64,000 nucleotides of DNA from Camelus dromedarius (taxonomy: Eukaryota). This document shows positions 1-13,584 of this stretch, in pieces (within the stretch, counting starts at the first letter, position 1; each line of letters starts with the position of its first letter). The DNA is taken from the NCBI RefSeq assembly GCF_036321535.1, contig NC_087438.1:9612001-9676000 (forward strand). Direction: 5' to 3'. A model generated the notes under the pieces. It saw only the letters and a list, made by a program, of their open reading frames with translations. It made no database searches and was not told where the DNA came from. The translations under genes were made by a program, and so were the position numbers.

Positions 1-394
1 AGCATTCCATCGTAGCCTTCCTGGAGAACCACAACGCACGTTGGAAAAGGCATTCATGTCTTTCAGTAAAGAAACAACAGAATGTGTGTTGCTTAATCTT
101 CATTCCCAATACGATTTGAATTTGTCCATGAAATGCTTTTTTAATACACTGTTTATTAATATCCTACTGAGTAGATTTTTGTGAAAAGCTGTTCTTAGAC
201 CTGTTTTGAAACCCATATTCTTGCCTCAATTTCATAAATCAACCCCAAGATTAGGATTTTGAGTGTGACATCAGCTGATCATGAGAAGACCCTCTAACAC
301 CTGACAGTAACGTTCTTTGCTGAGAGCACCAATGTCATAGAACCTATGTGGGCAGATTAGGTAACAATGCCAGCTACGCTCTATTACCCCACAA

Positions 395-875
395 CAGGCA
401 GAATAATGGCTTCCCCCAAAATGGCCAAGTCCTAATCTCTAGAACCTGGAATATGTTATATTATATGGCAAGCAAAAACTAAGTTTGCAAATAGTTAAGG
501 TTGCTAACTATCCAACTTTAAGATAAAGAGAGTATCCTTCATTTTCCGAATAATTGTAATCATAATTCCCCTTAAAAAGGTCAGAACTAGAGATATGGCA
601 GCATGAGAAGGACTCCACTGGCCACTGCTGGCTTTGAAGGCCGAAGCAGGCTGTGAGCCACAATGTGCAGGCAGCCCCTAAGAGTTTTAAGAGGCAGGAG
701 AATAAATTCTTCAGTAGGGCTTGAAGACGGAACACATCTTGCCAACACCTTGATTTTAACCCAGTGAGATCCACTTCAGGCTTCTGACCCCCAGACCTGT
801 AAAAGAGTAAATTCATGTTGCTTTAAGCCACTAAATTTTGGTAGTTTGTTATTGAAGCAATAGGAAACTAACACA
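395..875 (+). mobile_element. MaLR solo LTR (MLT1D/E-like)
   Basis: Begins caggcagaataatggc...cctaatc and ends ...tttaagccactaaattttggtagtttgttattgaagcaataggaaactaacaca, the typical MLT1 5' and 3' ends. Confidence 0.85.
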
Positions 876-1430
876 GAACCTCACCTAATTTAGATGGATC
901 TTACAAATTGTTTGTTTCCAAGGGTAAGTTGTATGCTTGCTAGAGAAGTTGCATTATAGGTAATTATAAGTGCTTAGTCCTCATTTTGCATGCCAGTTAT
1001 GTTTTAAATATTTATAACCTATTTTTTATTATATGAGAGCAATAGCAAGGTCATCCTAATTACCAGATATACTTTGCAGATCAGAGCATAGGGTATCTGC
1101 TACTGGGGAATGGTGTATTTGTTGATTGGAAGTAATTTTCCAGAGCAAATTTGTGCTTAACATTAAGGTGAAAAATACTACACATCAACTGTGTGTGCTT
1201 CATTTGATTCAGTCAAACCAGGGCTCAGTCACTCCTGCATTTGTCACTTCCCATGCTGAGCCCAGTAGTAACAATTCATTCAACAAATACTGATTGTCTT
1301 GCATGGTTCTAGGTACTGTGATGGAGACGACGTCCCTGTCCCAGTGTAGCTCACAACCCAGTAGATGTAGACAGTCAATGAAAAAGCAGACAAATAGCTA
1401 CATGATATTTGCCTCTCAAGTGAAGTGTGG

Positions 1431-2329
1431 TTTATTAGTTTCCTGGGGCTGCCACAGCAAAGTAACACAACTGGATGGCTTTGATGGGTATTTATTTACT
1501 CATAGGTCTGGATACAAGTATGAAAGCAAGTGTTGACTGAAAAATAATGCACAACCTAAAAGTTTGGAATTATGTTTTGCTCAGCAGAGTTACTGAGGAC
1601 TATAGCCTGGAGACAGCTGCTCAGATAGCTCTGAGGGACTGTTTCAAAGAGGTAAGAGATAAGCCAAGATACATAGGTTTTGCTGAGAAAACATGTAGTC
1701 AAGCATCAAAAAATTACTGCTAATCACAAAAAAAAAAAAATATGAAAATCTCAATTTAATTATTTTGGTGCTTTTCTTTGTATAGGAGATGCAAGAGTCT
1801 GGGTTTATTGAATTATTCCTTTGATACGCACCTTAACTATCTAGGGCCAGTATCCTGTTTTTCTCCATCCTGAATGCCCCTCAGGGTGCATCACTGGGGA
1901 CAACTGCAGTGGCTAATCGTTTTACTGCCACAACATCTTTGGTTACTGAAACAGCAGGTGACATTCTTTTGTCCACACAAGGTATTGGCAGGGTCGGTTC
2001 CTTCTGAGAGCTGTGAAAGAGAATCTATTCCATGTCTCTCCCCTAATTTTTGTAAACCTCATGTATCACTTGGCTTGTAGATGTCACTATCTATGTCTTT
2101 ATATGATATTCCTTCTGCACTTTTGTCTCTATTTCCAAATTTCCCTTTTTCATAAGGACATCAGTCATATTGGATTAGGGTCACACCCAGAGACCTCATT
2201 TTTACTTGCTCATCTACAAAGACCGTATTTCCAAATAAGATCATTTGAAGTACTGGAGGTTAGGATTTCAATATCTTTGTTGGGAGGGTGGATGATGGGA
2301 GCAAGGAGACACAATTCAACCAATTAACA
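1431..2329 (-). mobile_element. MaLR solo LTR (MLT1B/C-like), split by a younger LTR at 1531-1977
   Basis: Left end tttattagtttcctggggctgccacagcaaag and right end gacacaattcaaccaattaaca match the reverse complement of MLT1 termini. The sequence reads continuously once the insert is removed. Confidence 0.85.
1531..1977 (-). mobile_element. ERV1-class solo LTR nested in MLT1
   Basis: 447 bp bounded by TG...CA (tgttgactg...gtccaca), with a 4-bp TSD caag at 1527-1530 and 1978-1981. Strand is tentative. Confidence 0.8.
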
Positions 2330-2759
2330 GTGAGCAAGGAGGCTCTGAAACCAAGTAACTGGCAGCAGAGGATTTCTTCCTGGGAATGTCTCTAGCCAGC
2401 CCTCCCTGGTGTTACACTGGGAGAACCGTGGTTAATGGCACCAGCTCCGGTTGTTTTACCAAGATTATTCTTTTACTTACTCTTTCACACTCTCCCGGGC
2501 ATTAGGTTCTCTGAAGTTCCTAGAATCTCTTCTTCAAATTACTGTGTGTTCTTCACCTTCCCCAATTTCACCATTAACCTGGATCTGCATAATAACATTT
2601 AACCTGACCATCTTCCACTACAAGCAAGTCTTTTGCACTCAGGTCATTCAGATCACAATTGACATAGGTTTGGCTTAAATTATATTTTCTTGATCATTTG
2701 CAAATATTTTTAATCATTTCTGAAAGTGAGGGGACAATAAAACAACAATGCACATATTT

Positions 2760-2955
2760 CTGTAATGCTTTATAAGAAGCTTTCCCATAGATATTTCATA
2801 TTGTGTCTCTCAACAACTCTATGAGATGTCAATTAATATCCTCCTCTAATGCTGACGATTAGCCTCAAAGATATGACCACCCATGCCTAAGATCACGAGT
2901 TCCTCTGTGGTAGGTGTGGGATTCAAACACAAGTTGGACCGTTTTGCTGCTAAAG
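2760..2955 (-). mobile_element. MIR SINE relic
   Basis: Degenerate MIR core (ctcaacaactctatgag...cctaagatcac...gggattcaaac). Confidence 0.6.
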
Positions 2956-4359
2956 CATGGCTTAAGATCATCTGTCACTTGATAATATTTGGAAATGGAA
3001 AAGGCGGCCATGATGAAGGGTGAGAAAAACAAGAAAGTTTTCATGAAAATCGTTACTTTCTGGTGCATCACACTCCCTTTCGGGGAATTGAAAAATCACG
3101 CCTTCAAGATCTCAGGTTCCTCATGACCATAGAGCTTATAAACTTTTCTTCCCTACAAGAGATACGTCATAATCAATATTTTCCTGTACTGAACAACTCC
3201 ACGTTTTACCACAAAGATCTAACTTCTAACTTAATTCTACTTAGTTCTCTTTCATTCTCCTCTTAACTTGGATTTTTTTTAAAAAAATGCATATCAAGCA
3301 GAGTTTTCAGAAGGCAAATTATCATTCTCACATGTGGGGGCTTCTCTAAATGTGCTTCAAAGAGAGCTCGATGCTGCCAAAATCACTCAAAAGGCTAACC
3401 AGTCAGTAGGTGGTTATTAATTGAGGAAGAATATTGCCTGTGTGCTCCAAAAAAAAAGAAAAGAAAAAGAAGAAGAAAAGGCTCACTTCTCATTAGAGCT
3501 CTACCCTCTGTTGTCTCCATGGCCTTTGTTGAAACTAGCTAGGTAGTGGGACGGCGCACAGGCTTCAGGCAAAAGGAAGAGAATACTTAGCATGAATAGG
3601 TCAAAAACTACACCCCCTCATAATGAAATCTTAGAGAGGAGCACTTAATTCCAATGCCGGAAACTTTGAAAAGGTTAATAGCAGGGAAGACCCATGGCCA
3701 GCTGACAGTCAAGTTCGCTCCTGGAGAGTGTGTGCATTCGTACTGAGTGAGAAGACAGCTTCTCTCTGTCACGCTACAGTGTGAAAGCGAGGAATCAGAT
3801 CTCTGGCGTGATTCATGCGTCTTCATTTCCTTGCTCGTCGCCCAAGTTGAATGTATCCTTTGGCTTCGTTGGCTTCTCAGTATTCACTTTGATAAAATTA
3901 CATGACTTCCGCTCTGAAAATCCATTCATTTTTCCCTTTTTTTTTTTTTTTTGTTGCTCTGCTATGTCATGCTAATAAAGCAGACCAGAACTTCTGACAA
4001 AGGGCTTATTAGAAAGTTTTACAAACAAAAACTTACTTGACATCAAAAACATCTGCACTGGAAACATTTCAACTTGGCCTCTAGGTTTCCCTTGAAATAG
4101 TATGAAAAAGATGAGAGGAAATGTAATCTTGTCAACCAACTCTTTAGGAAGGAAACTTGATCGTGAGTCAAGAGTCATGACTTGCAAAGATCTCCTTACC
4201 TAATGTACAAATCACCATGGTATTTAGAACTTGGCTTTTCAAAAAGGAACACTAACAGCTGGTTAAACTCTGGCCTTTAGAGAGCTAAACTCTTAGGGAT
4301 AGTTTTAAAGAGAATTTGTTCAACCACACTAAGCTATGACTGTCTTACATCTCTATAGC

Positions 4360-4545
4360 TCTTCACAGATTACAAAGGACCCATGTGATATCCTCTGACT
4401 CCCCTCCCCACACTACCCAAAAGGTAAACAAGACCAGGGATACTGCTATCCTCATTTTATGGAGTAGGAAATTGAGGCTGAGAAAGCCAGCCCAATTTGC
4501 TTCAGTTTCAGTTAGTAATTGGCACAGCTGGGACTCTGGTTTTTT
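4360..4545 (-). mobile_element. MIR SINE relic
   Basis: MIR core-like atcctcattttatggagtaggaaattgaggctgagaaag. Confidence 0.6.
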
Positions 4546-5069
4546 GCCTCAGCTAAATTATTACCCATGGATTAAAAAATATTCTCTTAGCAAAAGAACT
4601 ATCACATGCTTCTTACATCATCTCTTTCTTCAGTTACCATTTACAAATTGATGATGCCCACGTCCAGACCTGTGGACAGACCTCCAGACTAGGCCTCTTA
4701 CTGGATATCTAAACTTGGATATCCCACAAGCACCTCAAATTTAACACATTCAAAACTAAATGCACCATTAAACAGGCTCCCTCTCACTGTACCACCACTC
4801 GCAAAGGAATTGTTGGAGGAACTATCCAACACTAGCCAAATGCAATCCACCCCACAAACCTTTTTCTATGATCGCAACATTTACACTTTGTAGCACTTAT
4901 ACCGTCACATATCTCCCCACATGGCAGTGTGTGTTTACACACACATATGTCCCGCTCAGTATTTTGAAGTCATTGAGGGCAGCGGTCATGTACCTATTAA
5001 TTGGTGCTCATGCCATATGTGGTTGTTAAAACTGATCTGAAATTCACATAACTTTTAGATTAGAAAGTC

Positions 5070-5928
5070 TTTTTTAATAAAGTTTTTATTTCAGAATATT
5101 TTTAGATTTAGTACAAAAAGTACAAAAGTAATACAGAGAGTCTTCATACGCCTCACACAGTTTCCCCTATGACCAACATCTTACATTAGTCTGGTGCATT
5201 TGTCACAGTTTAGGCACCAAAGCTGATTGCCATTAACTAAATTCCATCCTTTATTCTGATTTCTTTAGTTTACACCTAACGTCCTTTTTTTTTGTTCTAG
5301 GATCCCACATTACATTCACTCGTCGCATCTCCGTAGACTCCTCTTGGCTGTGAGACTTTCTCTGAATTTCCTTGTTTTTGATGACTTTGACAGTTTTTAG
5401 AAAGTATTAGTCAGGTATTTTGCAGAATGTACCTTAATTTGGGTTTGTCTGTTGTTTTTCTCATAGCTAGACTATGCTTATGGGTTCTGGGAGGACCGAA
5501 GAGGTAAAGCACTATTCTCATCTCACGATATGAAGGGTACATACTACCGACTTGAATAATCAGTGTTGACGCTCACCTTGATCACCTGGCTGAGGTAGTG
5601 ATTGTCAGATTCTTCCACCATAGAATTATTCCCTTCCTTCTCTTTCTATTCTGTATTCTCTGAAAGGATGACCTTATGATTAGCCGACAAACAAGAGGGG
5701 GAGTTACGCTCTACCACCTTGAGGGCAGAATACCTACATGAATTACTTGGAATTCTGAATAGATCTGTCTCTTCTTTCCCATGTATTTATTAATTCAATT
5801 ACTCATGTCAGTATTAATTCAATTACTCATGGATATTTATTTAATATTTTGAGTTATAGTCCAATACTTCTTTATTTTCTTGCACAAACTGTTCCAGCCT
5901 TGGCCACTGGGAGTTCTTTCAGTTGGAA
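5070..5928 (-). mobile_element. Old L1 (L1MC/MD-like) 3' end
   Basis: T-rich start, then typical L1M 3'UTR motifs (ttgatgactttgacag, ccttgatcacctggctgaggtagtg, ttccagccttggccactgggagttctttcagttgg). Confidence 0.8.
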
Positions 5929-6819
5929 GAACTCTTTGTTCATAAAAATAAAAATATCATTTGTGGATGTAAGTTGGTTCTTACCCTTTAAGAAAATAAC
6001 ATAGGCCGTGTAATTTAGATGCTTAGGACCTGATTTTAATGAACAAAAACATTTGGCTTTCTGTTCTTTTTTCATATTTTCCTTCTCCTTTTCTTATTTT
6101 AACAGTTGTAAAAGTATATAACCCTTACTCATCTTCATATTTTACTTAACTAATTCCCATATCCAGCAGGACACGATAATGAAGGATTTTTATCTCTTTT
6201 TTACAGATGAGAAACTAAGACACAGAACTGCTAAATGGCATGCCCCAAGGCTTTGCATGCCACACTAGGGAAATCAAATCTGTAATTTATCACGCCCAAC
6301 CATCCTGCAGAGCTGGCTCACCATTGCCTCCCTCCCTTCTTCAATTATGGTGGGCTTTGCAATCAACGAGGTGGTTATCATGCCCTTTGCGAAGGCTCAA
6401 GCTCTTCAGCAAAGGTCAGCCTGTGTGTTATATCTCCTCTGGCATGTTTTGCCTTCTTCTGCATCTAAAGCCCAGCACAGCAGGGAAATTTCTGCTGCTT
6501 CTTAGGACCACCTGGGGTTCTCAATTCTCAGCACCCCCAAGAAGTTTCACAAACTCCTTATTCTTGCCCTGATCCCACAAGACCTTTAATTCAACATCCA
6601 GTTGCCTGTTAGGTTTAGCTTTCCTTTCAAAACAAACAGGACTCATTTCTGTTCTGAAAAGCTAAGCCCTATTAAGCCACTGTCCAACACTGATGGGAGA
6701 TGAGATTTTGCATACTCAGTGATGGATGACACAGGGATTGAAAAGGAGGATGAAGAAGGAAAAATGCACAAATGTAAAAACAAAAGGTGCCTGCAGGTCT
6801 ATTCAGGGTTTTGTTAATA

Positions 6820-6905
6820 ATTAGTTTTGTGACCTCAGGCCATCCCTTCACTCCCTCTGGACCTCAGTCCCTCCATCTGTAAAATGAAAATGTTATGGAG
6901 ATCAA
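6820..6905 (+). mobile_element. MIR SINE relic
   Basis: tgtgacctcaggc...ctctggacctcagtccctccatctgtaaaatg. Confidence 0.7.
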
Positions 6906-7899
6906 AGCCTCTGTAACCTTGCAAATTAAAGCCTTCACAAGAACGACTTCATTTTATGCATATGTTATTGGAATAAAATTCTCACTAACCAGCCCTTTCC
7001 ATGTGTGGCTACTCTGATATTTTACATTCTATTTCATATCATTTATTTTAATGTAGGTGGTGTAGGACCCAGTAATATTGATGTCCTGACCCATGAATGT
7101 ATCATGGGCTGCAGTTCAAAAAGTCTTGGGGCTAGATGGTATCTGAGATGCTGCCTGGCACTCACTCACCAAACTTCTAAATCAGAGTTGGAAGAGATAA
7201 TTATTGTCAGAGCCACCCTCTACATCCCATAATCCTGTCCACTTGCCCTGGATTTTTTTCCTGACTCTGCATGAGCTATGTGACCTGGAACAAAGCACTC
7301 AACTTTCTGAGCCTCAGTGTTTTGATCTCTGATAAAGGTCCTGTTAGGACCATGTTAGATAACGCAAGTAGCAATGCTTCAACATTTCATACAAAATATA
7401 TGGTGTTATTTTTGTTATAAAAGACGAGGAAAAAATTCTTCTTGTTCAGGATGAGGTATCTTCTATGAGGAGGGAAGGTGAGCAGTGCAGACTTCCCAGC
7501 AGAGGGATCATGGGGAGCCAGTTAAATTCTTGTACACTTTTGGACATAGCTCTCTCTCAGCGATGCCAACTGGCTGTATTTTGAGGACGCTGTAGGTTAC
7601 ATGGAGGCTGAGAGCTAGTCAGACTCTTAGATACTCCCCAAGTGTACACATGAAGTTGCTAGCAAATTGCAATAACAATATTTAATTTTATCATGTAAGT
7701 GTCTGTCATACATTATAAAATAGAGAAATGATAATAAAAATAAACAACAGAATCTCCTTCAAATTCCTTTTCACTCCGCCTAGAAATCTCTCTCCAGGAA
7801 TTCTTCACTCTGTGCAAGTGTGATTTCTTACCTGTCCCGACCTCCACATCCACCCATTCCAGCACATCAATCTCCAGACCCCTCAGCCATCCAGAAGTG

Positions 7900-8240
7900 C
7901 TTTCCAGCATGAGAAAAACCCAGCCCAACCAAGGCAACCAGGCTAATTGTCAGCAGATGTCATCTTTAAATAATGGATTGTTTTTAACTCTCCTGAAACA
8001 TAACAGATGCAAGGGCAAATACAATGAAAATAAGGGAAGGAACTCCTCCTTCCTCTCTTTTCTTAGAGCAACTACTTAAGGAAAATTGTAATTGTAAGTT
8101 CTTTATTTCTTTGAAATGTATGTAAGTCTTTTTAAAGGCTAAATAGACTTCTCAGCTTTAAGTCCCAGCAATGTCTTTCTCAAGTACATGGGAGCCCTCT
8201 CTTTGAAATGTGGTCATCTAAGGAGCTAGAGACACACTTG
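7900..8240 (+). mobile_element. ERV1 LTR fragment (MER34-like)
   Basis: gaaatgtatgtaagtctttttaaaggctaaatag...aatgtctttctcaag...gggagccctctctttgaaatgt resembles the MER34 core. Confidence 0.6.
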
Positions 8241-9043
8241 CCAGTCTGGGGCAGGGAAGAGCTGCAGGGAAGGGGGTGGGCATAGCTCCAAAGCCTCTCC
8301 TCTGGGTGGGATGTTGACAACCGGGAAAGTGGCGAGAGAAAAATCAACGCGTGCCATGATTAGCATCCTGCTATAGGAGCAAAAAATCACGTGTAAGGGC
8401 GTGAGCTGAATTCTGAGTTAAAGGCCATCGCAGTCCCTTTGAGAACTTTATCCAGTTGCTTATCAGCACATGAGAAGGAGCCTCCCTTCTACTTGGCTCC
8501 TTTTGCAGCTTCGTCTTTGCCTGAGAGGGTAGCAGCACATGGTGGGGAATGCTGGTAACTAAGCACTTATTTCAAAAATGTCAGCAGACACAGAGTGGCT
8601 GCAGTATGAATCCAGAGGTAATGCTGGGATCAAATGGAGATTCAAAGTCTGGGAAAAGAACAGCAATGGACAGGGGCCAGGGGCATGATGGAATAATGGC
8701 AAACATCCACGGAATGGCACCTCTGTGAAATATGCCATGCTAGGTGTTATCTGACAGTCACAATAAGCGTGAGACAAAACTGTTAGTAGCCCCATTTTAC
8801 AAAAGAAGAACTGAAGCTTAGATCCCTTAAGCAACTGATGGGAGTGAAAATTCTAATCCGAGGCCAGGTGATTTCAAAGCACAGACAGTAACCTGTGTAG
8901 TGAGGCACTAGGATTCAGAGACATGGGCTCTTTTCTGCTCAGTGTGAACTTGGAAAAGTGGTGAAACATCTCTGGCTGTCAATACGTGCATCAGAAATGA
9001 GGTTTGCTAACCAGAGTCCTGCTGCCTTAGAGGATCAAGGAAC

Positions 9044-9731
9044 ATGGCAGATGGAAAAGGGCTTGCTTGGAAAGGTCTAAAGTACAGTGCGGGAGCAAAG
9101 CGTTGTTATTTACCCCAACAGTTAAGGGGGCAGGAAATCAGAGGAGAGGCCTCCTCACTGAAAATTTTATTAACACACAGAGAAAACAGCAGAGGAAAGG
9201 ATTTCCTGGACAGCATCCCCTGGCTTCCCTCGTACCATGGGAAGAGCATATCCAACCCTCGAGCCATGTCAGCTCCATAGCTCCATCTATCAGAAGCAGC
9301 TTCCGGAGGATTCTTCACTGTGCAATTCAGACAAAAGACCTGCTAATCTGGGAAGATCAAGGTTGTCACCTTGCAGCAGAGTGTCTTAGAGGGATATTTT
9401 ACATATGGTACCTGGCATGTGGCTTCTTTTCAGAAACATAAGAGGAGAAGGTGAGGTTCCCAAAGACACCAGTGCAGCATCTTTCAGAGTTGTGAGAGGG
9501 TCTGATGAGGCCATGGAGGGAGTGAGGTGGAGCTCGGGCAGGTGGCCCCTAGCTCAGACTTCTGTGGCCTGCCTTGCTGTGTACAGACTAAGCAGCTGCA
9601 ATAAATGTCTATTTATTCTTATAAACCAGTTAGTGGCTGACTCAAGATTGAAGGGGTTTCTCATCCATGGATGGTCCAGGTGAGGAGGGAGCTCTCCTCC
9701 GTGGGGATCCAGGCCGGATTGGCAACTCAAC
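9044..9731 (+). mobile_element. Possible ancient LTR (MamGypLTR-like or other)
   Basis: AATAAA near 9600, followed by a GC-richer U5-like tail ending ...caaca. Family assignment is uncertain. Confidence 0.3.
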
Positions 9732-10894
9732 ATGGTGTTGTACAAGTAGAAGCTTACAATCAGCTCTTTAAAAAATAAATAAAACGAAACAAAATTCCTG
9801 ATTTGTAGCATATGCCGATTTCCACGGTGTAAACACTCCAGCACAACCAATGTCAAGACACTAACAAGATGCCATCAAATGCAGAGCCGGGAGATGTGCA
9901 CACTTGGCTCCTGTGCACCTTGCCAGCCAGCCCCAGCCCACTACTGCCCCCATCTCTGGGTTTCAGGAAGCAGCTTCCGTTTCTGCTGCTTCCCAGGCAA
10001 CGGAAACGGAGTGAGGGAGAGTGACAGTAACTATCTTCCTTATAAAAATGTGATCTTAAGGCTGTTTTCACATCCCACGGGCTAAAACAGGGTCACATTC
10101 CTAGCTGCACAGGAAGCTTAGAAACGTCGGCGTCTCCAGATGGAGGAGGTGTTGCATGTTCCCACTCAGCTGAAAAAGAAAGAAATATATATTTCCCTCT
10201 TTTGCCTTAGCCCTAAATCCCCTGAAATGACAAGTTTCCTTCCCTTCCCATCCCTTACCTACAGTCCAGTGAAATTCTGTGAATGTCTGCCACGTGATGG
10301 AGAAACCACATCATCTTACCTCCCCCACCTAAGGAGGGAGGAGTCCCTTAGTGAAAATGAGTCTCACGGGCAGGATTATCAAATTGCTCAAACAAAGAAA
10401 CATGCATTTAAACATTGGAAGCTTCTACTTAAATTCACTGAGGTAGGGGACTATGGCTGTGATTATGTAATGGAAAGTAACCAGGTGAGCACTCCAAATG
10501 TACAGTCGAGCAAACAAATATTGCTCCTAATTTGGGCCATTTTTAAGCCAGTGATTTTCCACTTCTCCCTCCCCATGTGCTTCTCTTTGCTACAGTCTAA
10601 AGGTGGGTCCTTATGGAGAGTTACGGTTTTGCTTGTAGGTTGAGTTCACACACCACTCGTTTAACAAACTTTTCAAGCATCTGTGATATTTTGGATTCTC
10701 ACTATGCACTAAGGCTAAAGTGATGAAGGTAAGACCTCCACAGCAGGTATTCATGGTGCCACATGAAGCTGAGGTGTGCAATACTTCATCAAGTCTGCTG
10801 AGAAAAGTCACTCAAAAATCAATCGTTAGGCAACATTTATTGAGGATTTTACAGGGAGCATTTTCCAGTGGAGGTTCTATTGGCATTTCGGTAT

Positions 10895-11255
10895 TGTTAT
10901 GGACTGAACATTTCTGTCCTCCTAAAATCCATATATTAAAGTCCTTATCCCCACATTGATGGCATTAGGAGGTGGAGACATGGGGAGATAACGAGGTCAT
11001 GGGGGTGGTACCTTTATGAATAGGATTAGTGCCCTTATTAGAAGAGACATGCAAGCTTGCTCCCTCTCTGCTCTCTACCACATGAGGATTCAGAAAGAAG
11101 ATGCACGTCTGCAAACCAGGCCGTGGGCTCTCACTGGACACCGGATCCACAGGCACCTTGTTCTTGCACCTCCAGCTTCTGGAACTGTGAGAAGTAAAGG
11201 TGTGTTGTTTAAGTCACCTAGTCTACGGTAATTCATTACAGCAGCCTAAACTGAC
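10895..11255 (+). mobile_element. MaLR solo LTR (MLT1A-like)
   Basis: tgttatggactgaa... start; ...ggattagtgcccttat...; end ...gttgtttaagtcacctagtctacggtaattcattacagcagcctaaactgac. Confidence 0.9.
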
Positions 11256-11275
11256 CTGTTTTAGACTGAGCTGAT

Positions 11276-11829
11276 TCTATTTTTGTTGTCTATTTCTGAG
11301 TAACAAACTACCACAATCCTAGTGGCTTAAAGCAAGCTACATTTTGTTCCCACAGTTTCTCCGAGTCAGAAAACTGGGCACAACTTAGCTTGGTTCTCCA
11401 CGAAGCTACTATCAAGGCATTGGTAAGGACTGGGTCCTCTCCTGAGGCGTGACTGGGGAGGGTCCCACTGCTAAGTCTGCATGGTTGCTGGCAACATGCA
11501 GTTTCTTGTAGGCTTCCAGGGCGAGGGCCTCTTTCTTGATGGCGGTTGACCATGGGCCACTCCCTGTTTCTTTGACACATGGCCCTCTCCATAGGGCAGC
11601 CCACAAGTGGCAGCTAGCATCTTCAAAACGAAAGAGAGAGTTCCTAGCAAGACAGATATTATAATCCTTTATAATATAATCACATAGACCTAATCACATA
11701 CATCCTGGCACCTTTGTTGTGTTCTACTGGTTGGAAACATGTTACACGTCCCTCCCACACTCAAAGTGTGGGGATTTCATGTGAACCCCAAAAGGAGTCA
11801 TGGGGACGTCTTAGTCTCTGTCTGCCACT
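11276..11829 (-). mobile_element. MaLR solo LTR (MLT1F-like)
   Basis: tctatttctgagtaacaaactaccac...gtggcttaaa; acatggccctctccatagggcagc; ends ...tctgccact. Confidence 0.8.
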
Positions 11830-12008
11830 GGGTGGGACAGTTATTCCTGGGGTGTTACTGTCCCCTGCACACAGGATGTTTAACGTCCCTCTCCCCTGCA
11901 TTCAAAACGCCATAGTGCCCCACCTCAGTCATTTTGACAAACAAAGCTGTCCCATGCATCTCCAAATGCGTGTTACAAGGCAGTAACTCTTCTGACTGAG
12001 AAACACTG
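11830..12008. mobile_element. hAT-Charlie MER20-family DNA transposon (right part)
   Basis: gggacagttattc...caggatgtttaac...gtcattttgacaaacaaa...tgagaaacactg, ending in a TIR-like sequence. Confidence 0.65.
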
Positions 12009-13049
12009 CGGTCTCTGATGATCAAATTGACCATCAGATTGTCAAATTTCTATTCACCTTGTGTACTAGAGATACCACCAGCGACTAACAAGAAAATAGT
12101 CTTAGTATTTTCGCCTCACAAGTAACATATCACAGACAGCATAGCCAATCCGCCGAGCCAGGAGCTACATTACGTAAAGCTTAATTGGAAGGGAGACCTT
12201 TAAATAAAACTCACCCTAAAAATATATATTGTTCATTTCATCATGAAAAATGTATTTTCTTATGTACATGAAACAAAAGATAGTGGTTTCAAGGAAGTTT
12301 TCATTCATTAAACATCCACAAACCTAGACCCACCATTTTTCTGGTGAAAATCCTCTATAAACTTCAGCTTGATTCTTTGGAAACTAAAATATTCACTTCC
12401 TCCTACAGCATGGTGGCACAACTGGTAGAGTACATGTTTAAATTCCCCAGAGGATAGACTTCATTTAATGTCTTTCCAAACTCTCCTCAGAATCACTGAT
12501 ACAAGAAAAGATAATGGTGTCATTTTCCACTCTCATTACACTCCAAGATTTTTCTGACAATGGGTTTAGTTGATACCTTTCAGAGCCCTCCTCAAAGATA
12601 CAATCAAAAGACGGAGAGTGCATCAAAGAATCTGGGGCATTTTTTGTTGTCCTTCATCCTTCATCATGAGATAAATTAAAAATAGAAAGAGACTCCAAAT
12701 GAGACCTATTCTTGTTACCTTGCAATTCTTCTGGGACCAGCTTACTAGTTACAAAAGCACCTTTCTTGGTTGAAATCTAACTTCTGCACATGTTTAAGTT
12801 TTTCAAAAAAAAAGTAGGCGAGACCTCATGACCTTTTCTATCAGATAGCTGCCATATAAATACACTTCATATAAGCTTTGTGAATTTAGAGGAAATTTAG
12901 GACCCTCTTCATTTTAGAAACTCATGGAATCTCAAGCCTGCTAATTCAACATTCAACACAAAAGTCTTCTTCCAGAATAAGGATAAAGCCTTCTTCCAGA
13001 ATAAAACACAAAGACTGAGACAACCCCAGTTTGAAAAGACGGATCTCTT

Positions 13050-13190
13050 AAGGGCATTTCTCAAACTTTAATGTGCACAAAAATCTTCCACGATCTTATT
13101 TAAAATGCAGATTCTGATTCAATAAGTCTGGGGTGGGGCTTGAGATACTGCATTTCTGACAAGCTCCCAGGTGATACTAGTGCCCTTGAT
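13050..13190. mobile_element. MER5A-like hAT-Charlie element
   Basis: aaaatgcagattctgattcaataagtctggggtggggcttgagatactgcatttctgacaagctcccaggtgat. Confidence 0.85.
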
Positions 13191-13584
13191 CAGGGCTGGG
13201 CTTAGGGTGAGGAAAGTGAGGCCCTTGCCTCCAGCACAAAAACTAAGGAGTTTCTCAAAACCTCAGGAGTCAAAATTTTAAAAAACCTTTTAGGGCAATA
13301 TTTAAACAATCAAAATGAATGCAAAAATATCTATGATCCAAACATATCAAATATTTTAAGAAAGACAGGCAATAATTTGTGCTACAGCTCTACACCATTG
13401 CACAGCAGAAACCATTGCTTCCAACCCATGCTACCTGCAGACCCCACCAGGCAAGCTTAGGAAGAATAACAATGGCATGGAACAGACTGGGCATGAAGGG
13501 GCTTTATATATATTGTATTTTTTTTTAATTATAGAGCCTTCATTAACATTTTCCACTTGGTTTGCATTGTGGTAGGAGAGGCAT

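Noticed and set aside
3812..3913. Possible minus-strand terminal exon (RKSCNFIKVNTEKPTKPKDTFNLGDEQGNEDA*)
   Set aside because: The upstream sequence is purine-rich with no polypyrimidine tract, and the peptide is not recognised.
10140..10643. 167-aa ORF with nearby splice-like signals
   Set aside because: No recognisable domain or coding-like composition, so it is compatible with chance.
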